Below, one piece after another: positions 36,902-48,353 of a stretch of DNA of 64,000 bases; within the stretch, counting starts at the first letter, position 1, and the number at the start of each line of letters is the position of its first letter. Both the position numbers and the translations under genes were made by a program. Under the pieces are notes generated by a model. It was not told the DNA's origin. It worked only from the letters and a program-made list of their open reading frames with translations, and did not search any database. Origin of the DNA: Podarcis gaigeae (lineage: Eukaryota); the NCBI GenBank assembly GCA_964106915.2, contig OZ066931.1; one strand, given 5' to 3'.

Positions 36902-37200
36902 CTTGAGGCCGCGCAGGCTCCTCGAGGTCGGCGAAGCTACTTCCTGTCGCCTGCGGGTGAGGGCAGGAACTACTTCCGGTCCCCCAAGTGACCCCGCCCC
37001 CCACCTCGCTTCAACTGCCGTTTGGGGCGGGAAACAAAAACACATTCGGGTTCGCCCCCCGGAAGTACTGTTCCCTCCACGAGGTTTCACTTCCGGGAGC
37101 CCTGCTTGTCTGTTGGGGAAGTATTTCGCGAGCGGCCACTTCCGGTGTCCTTTTCCCAGGTGGGGCAGCGGCGTGCTGGGGAGAGGAAGAAGAAGGAGGA
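36902..37200. promoter_or_regulatory. Bidirectional CpG-island promoter of EMG1 and PHB2
   Basis: Head-to-head genes. ETS/GABP motifs ACTTCCGG or CCGGAAGT at 36972, 37059, 37089, 37138; E2F-like GGCGGGAA ~37026; YY1 motif AAGATGGCG over the EMG1 ATG. Confidence 0.85.
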
Positions 37201-37207
37201 GAAGAAG
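37146..37207 (+). other. PHB2: Probable non-coding first exon of PHB2
   Basis: Donor AAG|GTGAGG at 37208 inside the CpG island; acceptor ttctttccccatatgaAG at 37934, 6 nt before the ATG. The start coordinate is approximate. Confidence 0.6.
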
Positions 37208-37483
37208 GTGAGGGGTCTCTGCGCTCCTTCGAGCCTCTGTAGCTTCGGCGAGTCCTTGAGGTGACTCTTCTGAACACGCGACTCTTCTGTGCTCCTGAGT
37301 AGGGATGAGCTCGCTTTTAGGAGGCCCCGGGCTGCGGTGCTTCTGAGCATGTCAAGAGCGCAGTTCCATGAAGGGGGAGCAGCCTCTCTTTCGTTTCCCC
37401 TTCCAAAAAGTGCTCTAATTTAACGAATTAATTAATTTTTATTGTATATGTGTTTGTGGTTGTATTTTTGGTTATCATTTGTT

Positions 37484-37523
<40 letters not shown>

Positions 37524-37940
37524 GGGTTTTTTTTTGTTTCATTGATTTTATCGTATGTGTTGTGTTTGTATGAAACTTAATAAATATTATTGGAAGTCAA
37601 AAAGTGCTCTCAACGTAAGGAGTTCTGGCTCAAAATGTCATTCTGTCAAAAAGAAAAGGGGGGGGGAGAACTTAATTCATGTTTTTAACTCAGCGCTTAA
37701 AAATTCTCAGTGCCCTTCATTGGTGCTGCATGTAAAGATGCAGAATCCATGACTGAGAGGAGTCAGAGAGGGACTTTTCTACGTATCCATGCTTAGAGAG
37801 CGAAAAATAGAAGCATGTGTTTCTGTGTATCCCTGCTTTTCTGGCAACATAAGAGTTTGGATAGGAAAACCTGCAGAGCTGTGTGAAATACATGGCTTTG
37901 GTTTTTCATTCTGTGTTTCTTTCCCCATATGAAGGTTGCC

Positions 37941-40900
37941 ATGGCTCAGAGCCTGAAAGACTTGGCTGGGCGCCTGCCCACTGGCCCTCGGGGCATGGGG
38001 ACTGCTCTGAAGTTGTTGCTGGGTGCTGGTGCTGCAGCCTATGGTATCCGCGAGTCTGTCTTTACAGGTAGGTCAGTGGTATTTGTGTACGGTCATCTCC
38101 ATTCTTTTGCACAATGCTTAGTGGTAACTGCTGACTGCTTTTGTCTCTCTGTTTCCACAGTGGAGGGTGGCCAAAGAGCAATATTCTTCAACCGCATTGG
38201 TGGAGTTCAGCAGGACACCATTCTTTCTGAGGGTCTGCATTTCAGGTACCTGCTCAAGAACTATGTTGGAAAGTTTAGAATAACAGGAAATCCCAAGATG
38301 TTGTCATTCCCAGACAAATGTTTTCTAACAGCACCTCACCTCCAGAGATTCCTCATTATAAAGCATACAATCCTCAATTTAATTTGAAATTCTTGTAGCA
38401 TGCCAATATTTTTTATCTGATCACAAACCCCTAAGAATCATTTGTCAACTCTTAAGAGGTAAATGTTTTGTCTTGTGCTAATATATTTTCTCCTTTGGCT
38501 AAATGTCTTACTGTGAAAACTTCAAGAAGTGCTGTTCGTGAGAAAGTGAAACCCAAAAATTGAATTGAAGGACACTAAAGATTATTTGTTATTTTAGCGC
38601 AGTGTTATCAATGTGAATCAAGTAATATAGTTTACTAAGACATAGTATCAAGAGAAGAAAATGCAGTTCTTGGGCAAGTATTGTGTTCTCTCTATCTTAA
38701 TGCACATGAGAAAAGAAAAAAGTATTTGTAGGAATTCTTTATTTCCACATATCTGTACCGCTTGGTTTTGGACATCTTAATTTGGTACAATCTTCATTTT
38801 CTTCCTAGAATTCCCTGGTTCCAGTATCCAATAATTTATGATATTCGAGCTCGGCCCCGCAAAATCTCCTCACCAACAGGCTCCAAAGGTGAGGTCATAG
38901 AGAAGCACATTGTCTTTTGGTTTTGTATTCCTCTCTTCAATAAACACAGGGTGATGCACATAGTTTATTCTACTTTCCTCTTTTCCCTAATGAATCTTTA
39001 CAGTAATCCTGTAATGCACATTAGGCTGAGAGAGGGTGAGTGGATCAAGCTTACCCAGTGAACTTCAGTGCAGAGCGGGTTTTTTTCATTTGGGTTTCCC
39101 AAGTCTGAGCCCAGCCATTACATCAGATACCACGGCTACTTTATTGTCACTTCTTGGGAAGATGTCTTTTTCCATAGCCAGGTATAAAGCAAGGGCTTCA
39201 GAACAATCTTGTAGAGGGCATCATGAATGGGTGAGATCTGGGTGCACAATCCGAGTTGAAAGGTGAAGTAAGACAAACCACTGGGACTATGCTTAGTTTG
39301 ATTCTGTCTCTAGACTTGCAGATGGTGAACATCTCCTTGCGAGTTCTGTCACGCCCAAATGCTGCTGAACTACCCACCTTGTACCAGCGCCTTGGTCTGG
39401 ACTACGAAGAGCGAGTCTTGCCTTCCATTGTCAATGAAGTGCTCAAAAGTGTGGTGGCAAAGTTCAACGCCTCACAACTCATCACTCAGCGAGCTCAGGT
39501 CTGTTCACTTTCCATGCAGGCAGACTTACCTGTCCCAACTCCACTTCTTACGGGAGGAAGGGCTGCGAAGGTGGGAGGTTGCAAGTTATTGGTGTGGATT
39601 CTGCATGCTTCCACTACCTCACTAGTTTTTGATTGTTTAAGCCTTCAGAAATTTTCCATGGGATAGATGAAATCATTTGCAAAGTTTGTCATGATTATAC
39701 ATTCTTCCATTTACTGAGGCAATCTTCCCTTATTTCCATGTAGCTCAGTTATTTAGTGAAAGGTAATAAACTTAGTTGGTGTCAGTTTTTAAACATTGCC
39801 ATGGTAAGTTGCATGGTAAAATCTGGGGTCATTTAGACATACAACTGGATACAATTACAAAATAATATCATTTGATGGACAACTTTAATCCTGGATTAGA
39901 CTAAAGCAATATGGCATTGGTGGACATAATTGTCTGGTTGACTGAGGAACTGGAAAGTCTTTCCCCAATGAAATCCAAGGACAGTTAAGGAGTATAAATA
40001 TATTTCAAGGTCACCTAAATATCAGATAAAGTTTCTAATGAGATGTGATCTGGCCTTTAAAATCTCCAGACTCTTGATTTCCTTCAGTAGCTGCATTTGG
40101 CTCTGGGCTTACCCAGTACTGGCCTCTGGAAGTTTCACATAATGATTAATGTGACAAGTAAAGTGATAACTCTGTAATTTAGCAAAGTAAGGAAAATTGA
40201 GTGGTGCTGCAAAAGATATTGCAAAAGATAATGTACCACCTTTGGAGATTGAAGCAATCCCTAAAGAAAACCTGCTTCACACATTTGGCAGAAACTAGAG
40301 TAAACCACCTGGAGATTATAGTTCCATAAGTCTGTTGGATATGACATTGGTTTCTGTATAAACATGACCTTTTGACCAAATGAGAAGAACGAACTAAGTC
40401 AACATAATTTTTGAAGCATAGACTGGCTTCAGGTATGGAAGGTGTTTTCTTCTGTGTTCTGAACTATCTTATTAATAAGTGTACAGAGAGTTCTAAGAAA
40501 TCTCTTCGTGTATACTTCCCTAAGAGTATTTAACAGAGTTGACCACAAAAGGCTGTGCCTAGACCTAGAGCTTAAAAATCCCTTTGTCACAATTTTCTTT
40601 TCTAACACATCAGCCGAGGTGACTGGGCCTGGACTGACTACTAGCTCTCATTTTTTTCTCATCTGCATGTCAGTGACTTGAACATGAAACTCTAGCTTTT
40701 TGAATTGGATGCTTTTCAAAGCTCTTGGGGATTTTCATGACTTTCCCTGGTCTGAAGGAAGCTGCCACCGGCTCAGGATAAATGTGGAGGACAAACTGTT
40801 GGGTTATTGCTTTAGGTGTCTTTGCTTATCCGTCGGGAGCTGACAGAGCGGGCGAAAGATTTTAGCCTTATTCTAGATGACGTAGCCATCACAGAACTGA

Positions 40901-43900
40901 GTTTCAGCCGGGAGTACACAGCAGCGGTGGAGGCCAAGCAAGTGGGTGAGTCCAAACAAGTTCTGGTCCTTTCTCTAAAGCTGTGTTTGCATAAAGTCAG
41001 CTAGGACTGCTCCACATGCACAAATAGCTGGACATAAGCCCAGCTAAATGGAGTAGGGCTGTTTTTGACTAAACGTGCACAGGACAGGCCTGCAAATCTT
41101 TTAAAGAACGAAACCCCTGGAAGTTGTTGCAGAGAGATTCTCATGTTCTCTTTGCTCTTCTTCTCCAGCCCAGCAGGAGGCGCAACGAGCTCAATTCCTG
41201 GTGGAGAAAGCTAAGCAGGAGCAGAGGCAGAAGATTGTTCAAGCGGAAGGAGAAGCCACAGCTGCCCAGATGATATCCTTGCTTTGCTGTGGGGAGACAA
41301 CCATCACACAGTTTTCCAAGGGTGTGGGAAGTGGTCTTTTGCAGAATCCCCAAACTCCAGATTTTTGAGCTTGGACTGATATAAGAGGCATCGCATTGCA
41401 TGAGTGAAGGGCATCTGTTTTCAGTTACCTGGAATTGCTGGTGGGAGAATTGGGGGTGCTATTAGGAAGATGTTTGGGTGCTGAGATTCTGAGGAGTTAC
41501 CCTGCAACAAGAAGTTAAGCAGCAACTAGAGGTTATACACTCCTGAGGACTTTCTGCTTCCCTGTCCTTCCCTCTCATACCAGACAGCGTTCAAGTGAAT
41601 GGGGTGCTCAGTTCTTCTCCATCATATAAAGCGCGTTTCCTTAAACGTGCAGTCCCATTGCCTGCAGAAAGATGTTGGGACTATTTTATGCCAGCTAGTG
41701 CTGTGCTAGTTGATGAGAGCTTTGGAGTAAAGCATTAGGGGGAGCACTCTTGCCAAATACATATTTCCCTGCACTGATTCATTGATTCCTAGTGTGTAGC
41801 AACAGGATGTTTGCAGTTGTACAGAACTGTCTCCCACATTCCAAAATGGTGAAATAGCGCCTTAACCTATTCACATCGGTGAAGCCCTCAGCAAGAACCC
41901 AGGTTACATCAAGCTGCGCAAGATCCGTGCCGCCCAGAACATATCCAAGACGGTGAGTTTTAGGACAGTGGAGTTGCTTTCTCACCCCCCCCCCAACAGT
42001 GCTTTTCCAGGCCAAGTGATGAACCTAAGGCGAATATGATATGCTTCCTCTGATGTGTCTCTCTGCCACACTTATTTATTACATTGGTCTGTGCATCTTA
42101 GCAGGGGCCTTGGAGCCTCTGGCCTTTGTAAAAGCAGACCCACATCATGTTCAATGTGCCATACCCAGCTGTGGCCGCTTACAGACCATAATGTGCCACA
42201 GGCCAGGAACAGGCTCACAGGAAAAATCAGACACATGGAGAAGCAGAATGAACTGAAGCATTGCATAGACTGATGGCCCTGGGCTTGAGAAAAAATGTAG
42301 GATAGTAGATCAGAAATAAAATACTCTACATTCATAGTGGAAAAAGGGAGTAAATGAGTTCAATTCTCTTTCAAATCGTCGCTGTTCTGGTTCCTTGTCC
42401 TCACTAGAACTGTACCCATAGTGGGGCCTTCCAAACTTTTTCCAGAACAACAACAGCAAAAAGGACTAGCAAATTAAGAGACTTTCTGAAATTTTACCTG
42501 CAGCAGCCAAGGCTGTTTTTCTTTTCCATCCCCCTTTAAGCTTTGAGACTTACTTTGGCTAACAGTTTTTACAGTTCAGTGTTGAACGTTAATTCTCTGC
42601 CATTTGTTTGGAATTGGTTTCCCCCAAATGCTACCAGAACGAAGTTCTCTATTGAATGCAGTTATTTGTATCACTGGACCTTTGCTTACACCCCCCTTGA
42701 TCTGTCCCTTTCTTGCCTTTTACAGATCGCTGCATCTCAGAACCGCGTGTATCTTACAGCCGACAACTTAGTGCTGAATCTACAGGATGAAGGTTTCACT
42801 AGGTAAGGGAGTTTGTGGAGATACCTCCTAAAGCTTTTTGCTTCCTTCTGTAATGAGCCTTAGGCGCTCCATCCCCCAAATATGAGTTTCTTGGAGGAAT
42901 AGCAGAGCTTAAGAAATAAACAATGCCCCTTGTTTTCTGGGTGTTACATAAATGCACATGTACTGTCAGTCATCCATGCATGCTCTCTCTCTCTCTGTGT
43001 GTCTGTGAGAGAGAGCGAGAGAGAGACATACACATGCACAGCTGTATTCCCAGATTTGTATAAAGATGAATAAACTGAGAGAGGCATGTCCTATTCATGG
43101 TCAGATCCCAGATCTGGGAACTGGTATGCTTCCTTGTTCTGGACAGAGTTGCAATTCCTCTGATGGGAAGGGTACATAGTCTGGGAGCACTAGTTCTACC
43201 TTCATGCTACAGAGGTCAATGCCCCTCTAGTGACAGGGGGACGACTTCAGCTAAGTAGTCAGGCTAACTGAAACCAGCACAATTGGACTTTCCCCCTTCT
43301 CCTCCTCCTGTGTGTCTGCCACACCCTCCCCAGATCTGCCCAGGAGGGTTTGGAGAACTAAAACAGTGTCCAAGGGGAGGAGAGGCAAGAGAGTTCTGTT
43401 GGGCAACCAGAGATGCTTTCGCTCCCAGAATGAGCTCCTTAGTGCTATGTTGAATTCCACCCGGACTGTTCATTGCTGGTTATACCCATTCCTGGCCTTT
43501 CCGCTGTTCTCCGTGCATTGGTAACCTCCTTTCTAGAGTACAGAAATGTGCTCCACGTGGGGCTACTCTTTGTTTGGTTCAGGAATTTGTCACTAGTTTT
43601 CAATGGTGCAACTAGAGTACTCAGCATCATGTCTTTCCCCATTAATACAACATTGGCACTTAAAAATCTTCAATGGCTGCTTATCTGCTACCAAGCCAAG
43701 TTCATGGTCTTATTATTAGCACACAAAGCCCTGAGCAACTTGGGACCAGGATACCTGGCGGCCTGCCTCACCTATTTGTTCACCACAGCAACCTTTGTGA
43801 TCTTCCATGGCTAGAAGATGGTCATCTAGGAACCCCATAGAAACAAGCCTTCTCCCTTTGGGATACACTTAGTTAGTTAGTTAGTTAGTTAGTTAATAAA

Positions 43901-45076
43901 ATGTATACACTGCTTGGTTGTAAAAAATCTGTTCCGGAAGTCCGAAACTGTTCTTAAACCGAGGCATGCTTTTCCCTAATGAGGCCTCCCGCCGCCGGTG
44001 CCCTTCCGCTGTTTGGATTCTGTTCTTAGACCGAAGTAAAGTTCTCAAACCAGGACACTACTTCTGGTTTTGCGGAGTTCATTAACCAAATAGTTCGTAA
44101 ACAGGGCTGTTCTTAAACTGAGGTACCACTGTACTTTAAAACATAATACAAAAGTTAAAAAAACACTAAAATAGACCAAAATTACCGCAGCTTTGGAAAG
44201 TATATTTTTTTCGGTTAGCATAGTGATAACTGTTTTACTGTTGGCTTGGCTGTTTTTAATATGATAGATTTTTGTAATGGGCTTTTTTTTTGTATTTTTA
44301 ATGTTTATTTCCAGCAATTCCTGGTAATTGTAAATCTCTCTGAGATTTTGCTAAAAATGTTGTGGTACATAAATTACCGAAGTTGATAAAATAGTTCTAA
44401 CTTTCTGTGTCTCTCTCTCCCCGTCCTGTTCTTCATCACCACCTTTTCGTTGCGCTTCTGGTTACAGAGGAAGGTAAGATAACAATATTTTAACTTCAAG
44501 TAGAGCTGCAACGTTTAACTGAATAAAATTCCCTCTTTCCAGGGAATTGGGGGAAGGAAAGAAAGAGACAAAATGGGAGGGTGGTTGCTTGGAATGGAAC
44601 AAGCAGGGAAAGAGAACCCAGGGCAGGGAGGGAACTACTTCTTCTACTCAGCAGACTTCCAAGTTCCTTCCACCCCCTGCTGTTGTTCCTTATGTTTTCT
44701 GAGTGGAGCCTGTGCTATTATGATTGACTAAGGCTGTTTCTTGGCGGTGAAGTCAGTCCATTGTTCCTGCTCTGCTTTACTCCAGCCTGCTGGAGTTTTT
44801 GATTTGAGTTCCTACTGAAATGAGGCTGCATTTTAATGTTGTATTTCAATCTTGTTTTTAAGTTGTATTTCAATCAGTTGTTTTTATACTTTGTGTTAGA
44901 CGCCCTATGTCCGGTCTTAGCTGGGGAGGGCGTGGTATAAATAATTTTTTTATTATTATTATTATTAGCCCCCCACACCCACGTTGTGTGAATGTTCCTC
45001 TTTGGTAACCCCCCCCCTTTTTTTTTTTTGTTTCTCTTGCAGTGACAGCCTCCTGATCAAGCAGGGAAAGAAATGA
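37941..45076 (+). CDS. PHB2: Prohibitin-2, 10 coding exons, 301 aa
   Basis: Exons: 37941-38067, 38161-38245, 38809-38888, 39314-39498, 40816-40945, 41169-41272, 41875-41952, 42726-42802, 44468-44473, 45043-45076; total 906 nt. Reads [13 protein letters not shown]...[17 protein letters not shown]...[19 protein letters not shown] at 45650-45655. Confidence 0.97.
41273..41874 (+). other. PHB2: U12-type (minor spliceosome) AT-AC intron, PHB2 intron 6
   Basis: 5' splice site ATATCCTT, branch site CCTTAAC at 41860-41866, terminal AC at 41873-41874. Joining gives AAQM|[10 protein letters not shown] in frame. Confidence 0.93.
42010..42278 (+). ncRNA. SCARNA12: Small Cajal body RNA SCARNA12 (U89), composite C/D-H/ACA, in PHB2 intron 7
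   Basis: Terminal stem GGCCA/TGGCC, box C GTGATGA 42016-42022, box D CTGA 42270-42273, length ~269 nt. The 5' motif TGATGA..CTAAGGCGAAT resembles mammalian U89 as recalled, and PHB2 is the known host. Internal stems TGCTTC/GAAGCA and ATGTGTCT/AGACACAT. Confidence 0.85.
43927..44131. mobile_element. Partial Tc1/mariner MITE
   Basis: Ends GAGGTACCACTG|TA. Confidence 0.7.
44468..44473 (+). CDS. PHB2: 6-nt PHB2 microexon (AGGAAG)
   Basis: Long pyrimidine tract, gttacAG|AGGAAG|GTAAGA; gives FTR-G-SDSL in frame. Confidence 0.88.
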
Positions 45077-46902
45077 ACTAGCGGCCGCCTCCCAGAACCA
45101 TCGAAATGACTGGCAGAATGGGGGTTATGCACAGCCGTGGAAGAGCCTTGCACATCTCTGCTGCCCATAAGTCTTCTCTTTGGCCTGGGCCTTCTTTCCA
45201 GTTGTCATCTTCACTTCCCAACGCGCCATTAATAAGCCCTTTCTTGGCTCATCATCTGGTTCCTGTTTTTGGGAACTGCCAGCCGTGAAGGCCAGCTGTG
45301 GAAACAGACTTCATGCTGAGGCGGGGGGGGGTGCGGGACTTTTTTGCTCCCATGGTCACTGATCCCACCCCACCCAGCCTGAAGGACTGGGTACAGGTGG
45401 GCCGCAGAGACCAGCCAAGGGGTTGGTTTTTAAGTAGATCAGATTGTTGCTCTCCTCTTCCTGCTGGGGCTGAATGAGGCCTGAGTAAATATAATCCCCT
45501 GCCTCTCACATCAGTGGAGAGTTTGCTATCTTTGCCCCCTCCCCTGGCCCCCATCGAGCACCTCGTCTCAGGAATAGATGGGGCTTCTGCAAGTGCTGTG
45601 ATCTCCATTTATGTAAGTTCTTTTGCATCGTGATTCACAACTTTATACAAATAAAATCAGGTCCAAAACTCTTCTGACACCATTGTGAGTGAATGTTCAT
45701 TTTGTATGGGGTGGATTTCTTAGAGTCAAGACAGAGAACTCATGCAAATGGCTGGGAAACTGCCCATTCATCTCCCTCTAAGTCCTCTGGAAAAAAAATT
45801 GCTAGAATAAACTCCCTAAAGGGCTAAAGAGAGGGCAGGTATATGCTTTAGTTCTCAGTCGACTGCTGTGTTTTCCATCTGCTCATTTAGAACTTTGTTA
45901 GAAATAACATTCTCTTTTCTTCCTGCAGAAGGTTGCTTTCTTTCGTTTTTGCTGTTCTGCAAGAGCAGGTGGTGTTCTGTCAAGCCTGTGTAGAATACAA
46001 CCCATTAACAATTTCCTTAGCACTACTTATATTCCCCCTCCACGTCTGGTATGGTTCTCAGCCGCAGTCATAATGGTTCATATGAAAACAGTTCAGAAAT
46101 AATTGCTTTAAAAGTGAGGTGGGTTCTTTGCTGTTGCCATTGGGGTTTCTTGTAAAAAAACAAAACCAACCCCCCCCCCCCCAAATAGGGCACACATATA
46201 TTTTCTACCAGAGCATTTGAGCAATGAAATGAGTTCACTTAAGAAAACTGGCAACTTTTTTTTTAGGCAGTGAAAAAAGCTACAAGCTGGCAGGGGGAAA
46301 AGTTGGTGGTGGCCAAGCTCTTTCAGCAAAGTATTCCACAAATAAATGCAATGATTTTGTGATGGCAAGCCATCGTCAGGCCTTTCTCTTGGGAAAATCA
46401 TGAGTTTGTGCTGTGTCAGGGTTGTGCACCTTCAGACCACAAGTAGGTGTTGCGATATACAAAATAACTACAATTTCTGCACATAGAAAGCCTATGTATC
46501 AGGGGAAAGGGTTGTAGCCTAGCCACCTGGGTGTGCCAGTTTTCTGTGTGCAGGAATTTGTTTAGTTTTGAAGATGGACGCCCCTGCTTACCTCAGCCTC
46601 ACCATCTTATAATTTGAGGATAATGCTAAATGACCTTACAGGACTACATGAGTTACTAAAACAATGTCTGTGAAGCAGTCTGCACAAACTAGAGCACTAT
46701 AAATGCTAAAAGTTGATGTTGCTGGTATATTTTTGTGTCGTACAGTTTTAAGTGTCTCCCTAGTCCTGTACAACTGCAAAAACGGCAGGCAGAATGTAGC
46801 AACTGTGTCTATTGCTATAGCCAGCCTCACAGCTCCTTTTGCTTGAAAGATTACTACCTCAAGAGTGGGGTTAAAATACATCAATTTAATAAATGAAAAA
46901 TA

Positions 46903-47126
46903 CAGTGGTACCTCGGGTTAAGTACTTAATTCGTTCCAAAGGTCTGTACTTAACCTGAAACTGTTCTTAACCTGAAGCACCACTTTAGCTAATGGGGCCT
47001 CCTGCTGCTGCTGCGCTGCCGGAGCCCAATTTCTGTTCTCATCCTGAAGCAAAGTTCTTAACCTGAAGCACCATTTCTGGGTTAGCGGAGTCTAACCTGA
47101 AGTGTATGTAACCCGAGGTACCACTG
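46903..47126. mobile_element. Tc1/mariner MITE
   Basis: TIR CAGTGGTACCTCGGGTTA, TA TSD; inverted sister copy at 57214-57439. Confidence 0.85.
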
Positions 47127-47708
47127 TAACTCTTAAGCCATCTACAAACCTGCACAGTGCATGGACAGCTTGCCAACCCAACAGTTCCAAATGCAGCGTG
47201 GTCTGTCTCAAGAGAGCAGCGCTATGTCAGAAAACACGAAAACCTATTCCAGGAAAGATGGAGGGAGGGTGCTGCCCTCCTCTGTGTCCTCTCTTTTTGT
47301 TACGGTTCCTTAATTTTTTAGACTGCAGAGCAGGGTCAATAGTGACTCAAGAAATGCCTCGCTGCTGCAGTTGCACTGTTGTGGCCTAAGGAGGTTACGT
47401 GTCGAGATACAGCAGGCAGACAGTTCTCAGCCACTTGCAGAAGACATATCTCTCCTGAAGACCTTCCTGCAAAGAGCCAGGCCTACATAGCAGAGCCCTG
47501 TGAAAGTGCAGTTATTCTTAATATTATTCTTAATAATCTTTTTTTATGAACCCAGTTCTACTGGGTTCATAAAAAATAGGACCTCATTTCAGTCTGTACT
47601 CTGTCAGGCATAGCCTGCTGGCAGCATAGATCTGTACCCCAGTTCATTTTTTTCTGCCCTTAGCAATCTCAAGATTTTTGCTCTTTTTTGTAAACTCATA
47701 CCAAAGAG

Positions 47709-48353
47709 CATGGGTAGGCAAACTAAGGCCTGGGGGCCAGATCCAGTCCAATCACCACCTAAATCTGGCCTGCAGACGGTCCTGGAATCAGTGTGTTTTT
47801 ACTTGAGTAGAATGTGTGCTTTTATTTAAAATGCATCTCTGGGTTATTTGTGGGGCATAGGAATTCATTTTTTTCTTCAAAATATAATCTGGCCCCCCAC
47901 AAGGTCTGAGGAACAGTGTAGTATGTTTCACCCCTCCCATTGCAAGAATCTGCTGACAGTGTTTCAGAAAGGAGGGGTGGATTTTGCTCATCCCTTCTTC
48001 CACTCCAGCCTGTGGGAGGCTTGAGTGTTATCTGTATATAGATAAGGTGACTGCTCAAGCAGCTGTAACACTCATGCAGTCCAGCGTCTCCGATTAGTCT
48101 TTAGTTAGTTTATGCAGTAACTGTAGAGAATAAAAGAAGTTATACTTCAGAGCTGTCGTTCGTGTGGTTCATGCCCTGCTGTGCTCCTCTGACTTTTGGA
48201 ACTGAGTTTGGTGCTCACAGCTCTAAGTTGTGAGTCCGCAGCTTGCCTGGCCCAGTCGGGGCTGAAGAGGTTGAGCCCAGTCGTTGGCACTGGCTCAAAG
48301 GTGAAGCTGACACAGTGGACCGGCCCCCTGCTGAAAAAGTTTGCTGACCTCTG
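47709..48353. mobile_element. hAT (Charlie-like) MITE interrupted by a solo LTR at ~47917-48312
   Basis: 8-bp TSD CCAAAGAG at 47701 and 48354. The insert reads TGTAG...TGACA with a TATA box (~48035), AATAAA (48129) and a duplicated (A)CAGTG target. Confidence 0.7.

Noticed and set aside
41710-41777. TGATGA...CTGA spaced like a C/D snoRNA in PHB2 intron 6
   Set aside because: No terminal stem, no clear C'/D' boxes, and only weak target complementarity.
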